Shown here: piece after piece, positions 35,520 through 45,083 of the stretch | Position numbering within the stretch: the stretch's first letter is position 1 | Layout: each line of letters starts with the position of its first letter | Source: a virus | DNA: 64,000 nt | IMG/VR virus record: IMGVR_UViG_3300045988_119437 | Coordinates: 72,768-136,767 of that record | Strand: one strand, 5' to 3' | Made by a program: the position numbers and the translations under genes | The notes under the pieces: generated by a model | Told to the model about the DNA's origin: nothing | Databases searched by the model: none | What the model saw: only the letters and a program-made list of their open reading frames with translations

Positions 35520-38500
35520 ATGTCAGATAATTTTGTAAATCTTCATGTACATACAGCGCAGGGTTCGTTACTTGACTCTATTCTTACCGTCAAGGAACTT
35601 GTAAACTTTGCCAAAGAAAATGGCCAGAAAGCAATCGCGGTTACAGACCACGGAAAAATGCACTCTTTTGTTGACCAAGTTAAGGCTTGCAAGGAAGCAG
35701 GTATTAAGCCTATCATCGGCTGTGAAGTCTATGAAGTAGATAATCAGGCAGAGAAAGCCGATACAAAAGACTATAAACAACCTCGTTACCATCTTGTTTT
35801 ACTAGCAAAGAACGAGACCGGTTTAAAAAATCTATTTAAGATTGTTTCAAATGCTTGCGTTGATGGTATGTATAAAAAGCCTCGAACTTCTTTGAACATT
35901 ATTGAACAGAACGAGTGGGGTAAAGGTATCATCTGTCTTACAGCCTGTCAAGTTGGTCGAATGAGTAGATTACTTGTTGATGGCAACGAGACTGAAGCAT
36001 GGCAGTTATGGAACAAACTGGAATGGATCTTTGATGACGTGTTTATGGAAGTACAGTCACATGATACGCCAGATCAAGCTGAGGCCAATGCAAAAATTGC
36101 GGCGTTTATTAGGAAATACGACTTGCCGTATACCATTACGACCGATGCTCACATGCTTTCTAAAGAAGATATTGATGCACACTCTGTCTTTGTTGAGATT
36201 GGAGAAGGCCGAGAAGTTGGTGAAAGCTACGTTGACTGCTATCTTCAGACTGAAAACGATGTTTTGAGAACGCTATCAAAGCAGTTTGATGAGGACTTTA
36301 TCAAAAAAGGCTGTGAGATGTCTGTGAAAATCGCAGACATGATTGATGATATCGATATCGGTCTTGGACAGCCGAACCAGATGCCAGAAGTGAAAATTGA
36401 GGGAAAATTTGATTCTCATTTTGATTATCTTCGGCACCTTGTATATGCCACTTTTAATAAAAAATTCGGGTGGATGAGTGAAGTGGAACAGCAAACCCGG
36501 CGGAATCGTATTGAGATGGAACTGGATGTTTTGAAGTATGTTGATTATATTGACTATTTCATTATGCTGTATATGCTTTGCAAAAAGGCTGATGAACGCA
36601 AAATTCCTCGTGGGTACTCTCGTGGTTCTGGCGCAAATTGTCTTTGCCTTTTTATGGAGAATGTTACTCAGATTGACTCTGTTCGTTGGGATCTTGACTT
36701 CTCTCGCTTTGCAAACAAAGGTAGAAAGAGCCTGGCCGACTTCGACTTCGATGTCTCTAAACGTCGTCGAAAGGAACTTATTGCTATTGCAGAAGAACTT
36801 TTCGGCAAAGAAAATGTTGCTCCTATCGCTACGTTTAACTCTTTGTCTACAAAAGTTGCCATCAAAGATATTGGCAAAGTTCTGAACGAAGACCCAGAAA
36901 GCCCGTATTATATGCAGATTCCGTATGAATTACGTAATGAGGTCGCCAAGTTAATTCCGACTGTAAAAACGCTGGATGATCTTGGCGAAGAAGTTGAAAA
37001 GGAAGTTCTACTAAAGGATATCCTCGGAAAGAGTGAACAGCTTTCTAATGTATATGACAAGTTTCCTCTATGGTTCAAATACGTTATGCGTCTTGAGGGT
37101 CTGCCTAAGAGTATGGGTCGCCATGCTGCCGGTACATTGATTACGCCCAAGCCTGTCATTGAATATTGTCCTCTTTGTATGGACAGAGAAGGCAATCAGA
37201 TGTGCCAACTTGAGATGCACAATGCCATGGATGATTTGTCGCTGGTCAAGATGGACTTCCTTGGTCTTGAGAATCTGGACATTATTGACGATACGTTAAA
37301 GATGGCTGGATTAACATGGGAAGATGTCGATATCAACCATCTTGATCTAAGTGATAAGGCTGTCTATGATACCGTCTACAAGTCGGGCAACACAATTGGC
37401 ATTTTCCAGATGGAATCTGCAGAAGCACGAAAGATGTGTGTTGAAGCAAAGTGCGATAATGCTGAGGATATCATTGTTGTGAACGCAGCGAATCGTCCTG
37501 GTACTAAGGACAGCTTCCCGACGTATTGCTCCAATAAACTTCATCCAGAGACTATCAAACTACTCCATCCTGACATCAAACAGCTTTTTGCTAAGACGCA
37601 ATACATTCTTCTTTATCAGGAACAGGCACTAGCGGTATTCCGCTATGCAGGATTCCCTGAAACTGAGGTTGACAATGCTCGTCGTGCTATCGGCAAGAAA
37701 AAGAAAGATGTTATGGCATCCTTGGAAGTTCAGTTCCGAGATGGTCTTCACAAGAAAGGATGGAATGATTACCAGATTTCTGAGATGTGGGCACTAATCT
37801 TGAAGCAGGCTTCTTATTCCTTTAATAGAGGCCACGCAGTTGCGTATGGACTTCTTTCTTACCTGACGGCTTACCTGAAAACTCATTATACTGAGTATTT
37901 CATGGCTGCGTGTATGATTACCAAGGAAGACGATTCTGGCAAAATGGGTGTGTTTATCAACGAATGCGACCGTCTACATATTCGTGTCCTTCCTCCAAGT
38001 GTCAACAAGTCTGATATGGAATTTAAGGCTGATGCGGAAAAGCACACAATCCTGTTTGGTTTGAAAGCCATTAAGGGAATGGGTGAGAGTGTCGCTTCAG
38101 GAGTGATTGCAGACCGTCCATATTCTGGACTGGCAGACTTTGTTCAGAGAGCAAACGGTGGTAAGATTGGAACCTCAAATGTTGTCAAGTTGATTAAGGC
38201 TGGCGCTATCCCGACAAAGGATAAGAAAAAAATCTTAATCACTTTTGCAAATATGGTTTTTGAGAATGAGTATAAAGAGAAAGGATTCCATGAGATGGCG
38301 TCTCTCCCTAAGATTTCCATTCTTAAAGACGAATACGGCATTGATACGGACTCTGTTAAAGACAAACCAACCAGACTTGCCTTATATAATAAGGTAAGAA
38401 GGGAGCGCTGGGAAGCGGGCACATGGAATCGAAAGAAAGAAAAAGACAAAAAGCGGAATGCATTTATGCAGGCGTTTGCTGAAAAGTATATGCAAGACGA

Positions 38501-38864
38501 GCACATGTGGGAATTTGAAACTCTTTCAATGTTTTTGACTAGCAATCCCATTAAGGATGCTTGCACCTATATTGATGCTGGTCTTGATACTGTAGAGGAT
38601 GGCGGTAAGGCAACTGCTATTTGTGTCATCGTAGATATCCAAAAAAAGAAGGATAAACGTGGCAACCAGTTTGCGTACTTACATGTTTACACGACAGGTG
38701 GTATTGTCGAAATGATTTGTTGGGCATCTCAGTATGCACGATATTCAAGTCTGATTTCAAAGGGTAACGATCTTGCAATCCTTTGCAAGAGAAAAGAAAA
38801 TTCGTACATTGTTGAGAAGATGAAGCCTTATAAGCAGTGGCTGCATGATAGAGAGATAGCGTAA
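35520..38864 (+). CDS. DNA polymerase III alpha subunit (PHP + polymerase core)
   Basis: PHP motif NLHVHTAQGSLLDS, catalytic LADFDFDV, 1114 aa. Confidence 0.85.
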   Translation: MSDNFVNLHVHTAQGSLLDSILTVKELVNFAKENGQKAIAVTDHGKMHSFVDQVKACKEAGIKPIIGCEVYEVDNQAEKADTKDYKQPRYHLVLLAKNETGLKNLFKIVSNACVDGMYKKPRTSLNIIEQNEWGKGIICLTACQVGRMSRLLVDGNETEAWQLWNKLEWIFDDVFMEVQSHDTPDQAEANAKIAAFIRKYDLPYTITTDAHMLSKEDIDAHSVFVEIGEGREVGESYVDCYLQTENDVLRTLSKQFDEDFIKKGCEMSVKIADMIDDIDIGLGQPNQMPEVKIEGKFDSHFDYLRHLVYATFNKKFGWMSEVEQQTRRNRIEMELDVLKYVDYIDYFIMLYMLCKKADERKIPRGYSRGSGANCLCLFMENVTQIDSVRWDLDFSRFANKGRKSLADFDFDVSKRRRKELIAIAEELFGKENVAPIATFNSLSTKVAIKDIGKVLNEDPESPYYMQIPYELRNEVAKLIPTVKTLDDLGEEVEKEVLLKDILGKSEQLSNVYDKFPLWFKYVMRLEGLPKSMGRHAAGTLITPKPVIEYCPLCMDREGNQMCQLEMHNAMDDLSLVKMDFLGLENLDIIDDTLKMAGLTWEDVDINHLDLSDKAVYDTVYKSGNTIGIFQMESAEARKMCVEAKCDNAEDIIVVNAANRPGTKDSFPTYCSNKLHPETIKLLHPDIKQLFAKTQYILLYQEQALAVFRYAGFPETEVDNARRAIGKKKKDVMASLEVQFRDGLHKKGWNDYQISEMWALILKQASYSFNRGHAVAYGLLSYLTAYLKTHYTEYFMAACMITKEDDSGKMGVFINECDRLHIRVLPPSVNKSDMEFKADAEKHTILFGLKAIKGMGESVASGVIADRPYSGLADFVQRANGGKIGTSNVVKLIKAGAIPTKDKKKILITFANMVFENEYKEKGFHEMASLPKISILKDEYGIDTDSVKDKPTRLALYNKVRRERWEAGTWNRKKEKDKKRNAFMQAFAEKYMQDEHMWEFETLSMFLTSNPIKDACTYIDAGLDTVEDGGKATAICVIVDIQKKKDKRGNQFAYLHVYTTGGIVEMICWASQYARYSSLISKGNDLAILCKRKENSYIVEKMKPYKQWLHDREIA

Positions 38865-38876
38865 GAGGGTTATAAA

Positions 38877-41800
38877 GTGGCAGATAAAAAATTCAATGAA
38901 AATATGATCCGTTGCTACATCAGGATAAAACGAGTCTTTTATCCGAAAGATGGGAGGGAGGTGGAGCCCGGCGGCTTCGCCACTTTCTCTGCCGAGGTGG
39001 TAAAAGTCAAGCAGGGAAATCCTGTTATGAGTCGATACAGTGACCTCCGGTTAAAGGGCAACGTTCCTAGCCTCGATATGAATAAAACTTATTCGTTCTG
39101 TGGTGAGTATGTTCATCATGAAAAGTTTGGTGACCAGTATAAAATCATTTATATGAATGAGTTTCAAGAGATTACTGACCCGGAAGAACAGAAAAGCTTT
39201 CTCCATTATATCCTGACCGACCATCAGTTTGAGATACTTTATGAAGCATTCGAAAATCCGTATGAGATTATCAAGAATGGTGATATCAAGTCGCTTTGCA
39301 CTGTTAGTGGTATTACGGAAGGCAGAGCTCAAAAGATCATTGATACTTATGAAAACAACATTGATAACAGTGATGCGTACACAAAGCTAATTGAGTACGG
39401 TCTGACCCCTAGTGCTATTGAAAAGCTTGTCCGTCAATATCATGGTGCAGACACTCTGGTGAGAAAGATTGAAGAGAATCCTTACGTCCTGATTGACGAT
39501 GTGTATGGCATCGGCTGGAAGAAGGCTGACGCTCTAGCTCTGAATATGGGGTTGAAACACAATTCGCAATTTAGAATTGAAGCTTACGTCATGCACTTTC
39601 TTGCTGGCCGTGCCGAAGAAGGCAACTCTATCATCTCGGCAAACCAGACAATCAATAGCTGTATTAAGGAACTTGATTTGAATGAGGGTGACCAAGAAGT
39701 CATCAAAAGGGCACTTTTCCATTTGCATGATGCTCGTGAAACGCTTTGGTGGAGCGATGACCGTCAGGAATTTGCTTTAACTAGAGTGTGGAATCTGGAA
39801 GATAGTATTGCGAAGGAAATCAAGCGTCTGGCGGATGTTCCTGTTGAGCCGATTGGTCGAAATATGGATGCAGCAATCAATGAGGCCGAGGATGAACTTG
39901 GTATCGAGTACACTGAAGAGCAGAGAGATGCTATTAAAAAGGTATGCTCTAGCAACGTCTGTATCTTAACAGGTTACGGCGGATGCCTTGATGCAGAGAT
40001 GGAGTTCTTTAATGGTATCCAATGGAAAAAAATAAAAGATTATGTTAAGGGCGACAAAGTTCTTCAATATAATGAAAATGGGACTACAACGCTTGTTGAG
40101 CCTGAGAAATATGTAAAATTTAAATGTGAATATCTATATCACATGAAAAACAAGTCGGGCAGTATCAATCAACTATTGAGTGCAGAGCATAATGTTGTTT
40201 ACTTGACCAGCAAAAACAATTTAGCTAAAATCCCAATGTGGGAGTTGTATCAAAGAAATGTTAAACGAAAGTCTGGGTTTAACGGACATTTTATAACAAC
40301 GTTCAATTATGATGGTCCAGGAATCGATTTGAGCGATGCTGATATTAGACTAATGTGTGCTGTTATTTGCGATGGGTCGTTTTTGAAGGATCATAAATCA
40401 GCTTGGTGTAGAGTAAACGTAAAAAAAGAGCGAAAGAAACTTCGCATGAGAAGACTTCTTTTGGAAAGTGGTAGATACTTTGATGAGCATCAGTGGAATC
40501 CAAAAGACTTGGAATATTCGAACTTTGTCTTTTATGCTCCAAGAAAAGAAAAAAGATTTACTTCGTATTGGTATAGCTGTAATCATCATCAGCTAGAGGT
40601 GATTTGCGATGAGATTCTAAATTGGGACGGTCACGTAAAAGAGGGGAGACGGAAAGATTTTAGTACACTGATTAAAGAAACGGCAGATTTTGTTCAGTTC
40701 GCATTTTCTTCTTGTGGTTATCGTTCTGTTGTACATGAATCAAATATTGAACGGCACGGTAGAATGGTCACAGAGTATAATGTTCATATTGTGCAACACT
40801 CGAATGGAAAAGTTTCTCTTATGACAAAAGGCAGTAAAAGCGATATTGATATTGTTCGTTCAAGCGATGGATATAAGTATTGTTTTACGGTTCCGTCTCA
40901 TATGTTTCTGATAAGATATAATGGAAGAATTTGTGTCACAGGCAACACCGGTAAAAGTACCGTTGTCGCTGGTGTTCTAAAGGTCCTTCACGGTAAGTCT
41001 TTCGCTCAGACTGCACTCTCTGGACGTGCCGCAGCTCGTATGCAGGAGATTACTGGTCAGGACGGGAAGACCATTCATCGTCTTCTTGGTTATGATATTG
41101 AGAATGGTGGTTTCATTCATAACAAGGACAATCCTCTTGAAGAAGATATTATCATTCTGGATGAGACATCTATGGTTGGAGCTCAGTTGTTCTATGACTT
41201 GATTCAGGCAATCGAGACCGGAAAGCGATTCATCATGATTGGTGATGACGGACAGCTTGAGAGCATCGGTATGTGTAACATTTTCAAGGATATGCTTGCA
41301 TCTAAGGTTGTTCCTGTGGCTCGGTTGACTAAGATCCATCGTCAGGCAGCTAAGTCTGCAATTATCACGGAGAGCATCAAGGTTCGCAATGCTACGCAAT
41401 TGGTGCCTTATGGCTGGGCTGGTAGTGAGATTCGTGGTGAACTTCGTGATTTGGAGCTTGATATCTATAAAGATGCAAGTGAGTCATTCAATCACATCAT
41501 CAATCAGTACCGTACCTTATATAATAAGGTAGGGAATGATAGTGCGAAGATTCAGATTGTACTTCCACAGAAGCTGCGTGGTAGTATCTGTACTTATGAA
41601 GTCAATAATGCTATTCAGGAAATTGTGAATCCGAGTCGTGGTCAAGCAGAAGCAAAGGTCACAATCTATGGTGATGGCAAGGATAGAGTGTATACTCTGC
41701 GTGAGGGCGATCAAGTCATTATCAACAAGAACAATTATGAACTTCACACATACAATCTCAAGACAAAGAAAAAGGAAGAGAAGTGTCCGGTGTTCAACGG

Positions 41801-42170
41801 AAACCGTGGCATTATCCGAAAGATTGAGACTAGTTTTATTCTGGTTGATTTTGACCAATGGGGAACGATCTTCATTCCGCATTACTTTGGTGGGAATAAC
41901 ATCTGGGCAACGCTTGAACTTGCTTATGCTTTAAGTTGTCATAAACTACAGGGCAGTGAGGCTCCGTATGTGATTGTTGGTATGGACAACTCTGCATACC
42001 TGATGCTGACGAGAGAATGGCTCTATACGGCCATTACTCGTGCCAAGAAGTATTGTGTGATTTGCGCCGAAACTCATGCTCTTGATCGGGCTGTAAAGAC
42101 TTCGAGGGTGCCATACAAGCGGACGTTCTTGAAGGAATTTTTACGGAAAGAATTTTCAGAAAAGCATTGA
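38877..42170 (+). CDS. RecD2-like SF1 DNA helicase with HhH N-domain; Walker A interrupted by an intein
   Basis: GTG start; GIGWKKADALA HhH; ILTGYGG|intein|TGKSTVV rebuilds GxxGxGKST; C-terminal helicase motifs. Confidence 0.75.
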   Translation: MADKKFNENMIRCYIRIKRVFYPKDGREVEPGGFATFSAEVVKVKQGNPVMSRYSDLRLKGNVPSLDMNKTYSFCGEYVHHEKFGDQYKIIYMNEFQEITDPEEQKSFLHYILTDHQFEILYEAFENPYEIIKNGDIKSLCTVSGITEGRAQKIIDTYENNIDNSDAYTKLIEYGLTPSAIEKLVRQYHGADTLVRKIEENPYVLIDDVYGIGWKKADALALNMGLKHNSQFRIEAYVMHFLAGRAEEGNSIISANQTINSCIKELDLNEGDQEVIKRALFHLHDARETLWWSDDRQEFALTRVWNLEDSIAKEIKRLADVPVEPIGRNMDAAINEAEDELGIEYTEEQRDAIKKVCSSNVCILTGYGGCLDAEMEFFNGIQWKKIKDYVKGDKVLQYNENGTTTLVEPEKYVKFKCEYLYHMKNKSGSINQLLSAEHNVVYLTSKNNLAKIPMWELYQRNVKRKSGFNGHFITTFNYDGPGIDLSDADIRLMCAVICDGSFLKDHKSAWCRVNVKKERKKLRMRRLLLESGRYFDEHQWNPKDLEYSNFVFYAPRKEKRFTSYWYSCNHHQLEVICDEILNWDGHVKEGRRKDFSTLIKETADFVQFAFSSCGYRSVVHESNIERHGRMVTEYNVHIVQHSNGKVSLMTKGSKSDIDIVRSSDGYKYCFTVPSHMFLIRYNGRICVTGNTGKSTVVAGVLKVLHGKSFAQTALSGRAAARMQEITGQDGKTIHRLLGYDIENGGFIHNKDNPLEEDIIILDETSMVGAQLFYDLIQAIETGKRFIMIGDDGQLESIGMCNIFKDMLASKVVPVARLTKIHRQAAKSAIITESIKVRNATQLVPYGWAGSEIRGELRDLELDIYKDASESFNHIINQYRTLYNKVGNDSAKIQIVLPQKLRGSICTYEVNNAIQEIVNPSRGQAEAKVTIYGDGKDRVYTLREGDQVIINKNNYELHTYNLKTKKKEEKCPVFNGNRGIIRKIETSFILVDFDQWGTIFIPHYFGGNNIWATLELAYALSCHKLQGSEAPYVIVGMDNSAYLMLTREWLYTAITRAKKYCVICAETHALDRAVKTSRVPYKRTFLKEFLRKEFSEKH
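39984..40946 (+). mobile_element. intein (321 aa) with LAGLIDADG-type homing endonuclease core
   Basis: Starts with Cys after GYGG, block B SAEHN, LMCAVICDGSF LAGLIDADG-like motif, ends ...VTGN followed by T. Confidence 0.65.
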
Positions 42171-42195
42171 CAATTATATTCGTATCCTGTATAAT
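42167..42195 (+). promoter_or_regulatory. perfect-consensus sigma70 promoter (TTGACA-17-TATAAT) carrying the GTATCCTGTATAATATAG motif
   Basis: TTGACA 42167-42172 overlaps the helicase stop; TATAAT 42190-42195. Confidence 0.6.
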
Positions 42196-42201
42196 ATAGT
42201 T

Positions 42202-42304
42202 ATAAAAAGTCTCCATCCCGTAGGCTTAAAATTCTCTCTTTAGATGCATAACACAGGATACGAGAAAGAGAAGGCTTGCTCGTAACGACAAGCCTTTCTT
42301 TATT
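42202..42304 (+). ncRNA. candidate ~100-nt small RNA between consensus promoter and terminator
   Basis: Lies between the promoter at 42167 and the terminator hairpin at 42271; no credible ORF or RBS; contains an ACAGGATAC motif copy. Confidence 0.3.
42271..42304 (+). terminator. rho-independent terminator
   Basis: AAGGCTTG-loop-CAAGCCTT stem followed by TCTTTATT. Confidence 0.6.
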
Positions 42305-42330
42305 AGCTATAACTATATAACACAGGATAC
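42305..42330 (+). promoter_or_regulatory. conserved motif copy (AGCTATAACTATATAACACAGGATAC) upstream of the ligase RBS
   Basis: Reverse-orientation motif copy; an additional core copy sits at 42253-42261. Confidence 0.45.
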
Positions 42331-42343
42331 ACAAGGAGGCTTT

Positions 42344-43657
42344 ATGACAGATAAAGAGCTCATAGGTAAGCTTGATGCGATGGTTAAGGCATTGCAGAAA
42401 GCAAAGAAAAAGACGGACAAGACCCGCATTTTGCTGGATGCACGTAAGGATTTTGGAGATGAAGCTGATGAGTTAATGGCATTCTTCCGATTCCTGCTTG
42501 ACCCGGCAATTGTTACTGGCCTGTCTAATGCAAAGATCAATAAGAAGGTAACCGCAAGGCCGGATTTCGATGTTCAGTATCTCAGCTGCGGATACCTTTA
42601 TATTATGGGTGCTAGTCACAATACAGGCTCTGATACATCCATCGCAACAATCCAGAATTATTTACATAAAAATCCTGAATACGAAGAGTTTCTGAAACGA
42701 CTGTTCACTAAGAACCTGCCGATCGGAGTCGAGGCAGCTACCATCAATAAGGTGTACGGCGAAGAGATTGTTCCTGTCTGGGAGGTACAGCAGGGATATC
42801 CGATTGACAAGGTTAAACTGAAGCGGGATGAAATGATTTTTGTATCGCGCAAATTAAATGGAGTGCGCGGCACCTTTATCAATGGTCAGTTCATTTCCAG
42901 ACAGGCGCAAAAGTTTACTGGACTTGACCACATTATCAACGATATTAAAAATACTGGCTATTTTGGTTATGTATTTGATGGAGAGTTAATTCGTAAGAAT
43001 GTCGATGGTCTGTCAGATAACAAAAATTTCGTTGTTGGGACAGGCATTATTAACAGCGATTCTACAGATAAGAGCTGCATCAAGTTCGTAATTTTCGATA
43101 TGGTTCTACAGAGACAGTTTGAAAATGACGAATGTGTTGAACGGTATTCAGTTCGTAAACAGCGGCTTCTTGAGCTGAAAGAGAAAATCAAGCAGCACAA
43201 TCTTCAAAACATTGAAGTTGTCGAGATGGTCTACGAAGGAACCGACCATTCACAGATTGCTAAATGGCTTGATTATGCTGTTGCAAATGACTGGGAAGGA
43301 CTTGTCTGTAACAGAGATGTCCCTTACCGCCGGGCACGACATAATGGATGCCTGAAAGTAAAACGTTTTTATACTGTTGACCTGCGAATCATCGCGATTG
43401 AGGAAGGTCAGAACCGTCTGGCTGGCACGACGGGAGCTCTCGTTGTGGACTACAAGGGTAATGAGCTACGCATTGGCTCTGGCTTTGATGACGCTACGAG
43501 AGCTACTGTGTGGGCGAATCCTGATGACTACATTGGCAAGATTGTTGAGTGTAAATACAAAGAGGTCAGCTGTGACAAGAAAACTGGCGCTGAGTCCCTG
43601 CAATTCCCGACCTTTGTAAGATTTAGAGATGACAAGAACGAGGTGTCTTATGCCTAA
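42344..43657 (+). CDS. ATP-dependent DNA ligase
   Basis: Motif I KLNGVR (KxDGxR-type), III FDGEL, IV FVIFDM, V EGLVC, VI LKVKR. Confidence 0.7.
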   Translation: MTDKELIGKLDAMVKALQKAKKKTDKTRILLDARKDFGDEADELMAFFRFLLDPAIVTGLSNAKINKKVTARPDFDVQYLSCGYLYIMGASHNTGSDTSIATIQNYLHKNPEYEEFLKRLFTKNLPIGVEAATINKVYGEEIVPVWEVQQGYPIDKVKLKRDEMIFVSRKLNGVRGTFINGQFISRQAQKFTGLDHIINDIKNTGYFGYVFDGELIRKNVDGLSDNKNFVVGTGIINSDSTDKSCIKFVIFDMVLQRQFENDECVERYSVRKQRLLELKEKIKQHNLQNIEVVEMVYEGTDHSQIAKWLDYAVANDWEGLVCNRDVPYRRARHNGCLKVKRFYTVDLRIIAIEEGQNRLAGTTGALVVDYKGNELRIGSGFDDATRATVWANPDDYIGKIVECKYKEVSCDKKTGAESLQFPTFVRFRDDKNEVSYA

Positions 43658-43734
43658 AAACAAGTTAAAAGATTCCTTTTATTGGATGGGTGGAAACGAT
43701 AAGAATGAAGTAAGCTACGGCTAAGGAGAGGATT

Positions 43735-44139
43735 ATGAAAACTTATTACGCAGTAACCGAAGGTAAATATTCAAATTATCGAATTATTACTATTACTGAA
43801 GATAAAGAAAAAGCGGGAAGAATCGCTGCAGCTTACGACGGTGATGTCGAAGAGTACGAGGATTGTATTATAAATCCGATTGGCGTTTGGAAGGTTTATC
43901 ACTACGAAAAAAATAGAGACTGGCTCGTAATCCGTTCCCATAGAGATGTTGAAGATATTAAAGACAAAGAATGGGAACCTAATTATTTTGATTCGGCTCC
44001 TTACGACAAGGAAATGGTATGGACTATTTATGTAACCGCTGAGAATAGAGAGCTTGCCCAAAAGATTGCTTATGATAAGTATGCTCAGTGGAAAGCTGAA
44101 CGGGAGGGCTGGCATGAATCTTTCCAAGAAGTCTATTAA
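43735..44139 (+). CDS. hypothetical protein
   Basis: ORF with AAGGAGAGG RBS. Confidence 0.55.
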   Translation: MKTYYAVTEGKYSNYRIITITEDKEKAGRIAAAYDGDVEEYEDCIINPIGVWKVYHYEKNRDWLVIRSHRDVEDIKDKEWEPNYFDSAPYDKEMVWTIYVTAENRELAQKIAYDKYAQWKAEREGWHESFQEVY

Positions 44140-44392
44140 ACACATTCTTCGGATTCTGGATAACAAATGTGTTGAGAATCCATCCAAAACCACAACAATT
44201 AGCTTCAGCGGCAATCGAATTCCAACTCGTGAATTCACGCCTAAGAATAAAGAAGCGTATGGATGGTGGACTATTGTTTACGCTCCATCCGAAGGTTACT
44301 TTTGGGGAATCAAGAATGAAATGTCTAAGGAGTTTGGGATGGATTTGGATAGTCCAGATATCAATTCTCCTGCACAGCTTGCAGATTTGTGA
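44114..44392 (+). CDS. hypothetical protein
   Basis: ATG 44114 after GGGAGGG; overlaps the upstream gene end. Confidence 0.45.
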   Translation: MNLSKKSIKHILRILDNKCVENPSKTTTISFSGNRIPTREFTPKNKEAYGWWTIVYAPSEGYFWGIKNEMSKEFGMDLDSPDINSPAQLADL

Positions 44393-44401
44393 GGTTTTAC
44401 A

Positions 44402-44626
44402 ATGTTTATTTTAACACAGAATCAAACCGGAGTTGTTGACACCGGTAAATGTTTTGGAATCCATATTGTAGATGAATCAGCAGTAATCAGAGCGTATACC
44501 TTTGATGAAGATGGATGGATGAGACTTGGTAAATATAAAACAGTAGAACGAGCAAAAGAAGTAATCCAAGAAATTAATACTGCTCTTTGTGAGAGCCGTG
44601 TTAGTTTCGATATGCCGGAGGACTAA
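44402..44626 (+). CDS. hypothetical protein; paralog of 44628..44843
   Basis: Shared MxxLTQ start and MPE(D/E) end. Confidence 0.5.
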   Translation: MFILTQNQTGVVDTGKCFGIHIVDESAVIRAYTFDEDGWMRLGKYKTVERAKEVIQEINTALCESRVSFDMPED

Positions 44627-44627
44627 A

Positions 44628-44843
44628 ATGCTACTTTTAACGCAAGGTGGAGAAATTATAAATCTTGACCGCATGGCAATCATTGATGCCGCAAACCTTA
44701 ATGTTTACGCAAGGCAAGGTATGGGAGAACGCGGAATTGTTCTTGGTAGTTATAATACTGCGTCAAGATGCTACGAGATTATCGGAAACATTTTTGACGA
44801 CTATTGTTGTGATGAGAGGATTTTTAAAATGCCGGAGGAATAA
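44628..44843 (+). CDS. hypothetical protein; paralog of 44402..44626
   Basis: ATG after GGAGGACTAAA RBS. Confidence 0.5.
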   Translation: MLLLTQGGEIINLDRMAIIDAANLNVYARQGMGERGIVLGSYNTASRCYEIIGNIFDDYCCDERIFKMPEE

Positions 44844-45083
44844 ATGAACGACTTCCGAAAACTAGCCATCCCAAAGAAAGAACGACTTGAAGTTCAACTT
44901 ATGGATGGTACAGAAGAACACAATATCATTTACGTGATTACATCTCTAGCCACTATTAAAGGTGCTGAGATTTTTAAAAATTTTCGTTTGTATTCTGTAG
45001 GCTCCGCCGGGGAGCTCAACTTATTAGAGAAGCGAGACGGCGATCCCTACTTTGATAAGCTGAAAGGAACAGAATATGAGTAA
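44844..45083 (+). CDS. hypothetical protein
   Basis: Start overlaps previous stop (TAAATG). Confidence 0.5.
   Translation: MNDFRKLAIPKKERLEVQLMDGTEEHNIIYVITSLATIKGAEIFKNFRLYSVGSAGELNLLEKRDGDPYFDKLKGTEYE

Noticed and set aside
35520-38864. Possible intein in DNA polymerase III alpha or in the DnaB-like helicase (common insertion hosts)
   Set aside because: The lengths (1114 and 507 aa) and motif spacing are normal. Only the RecD-like helicase carries an insertion.
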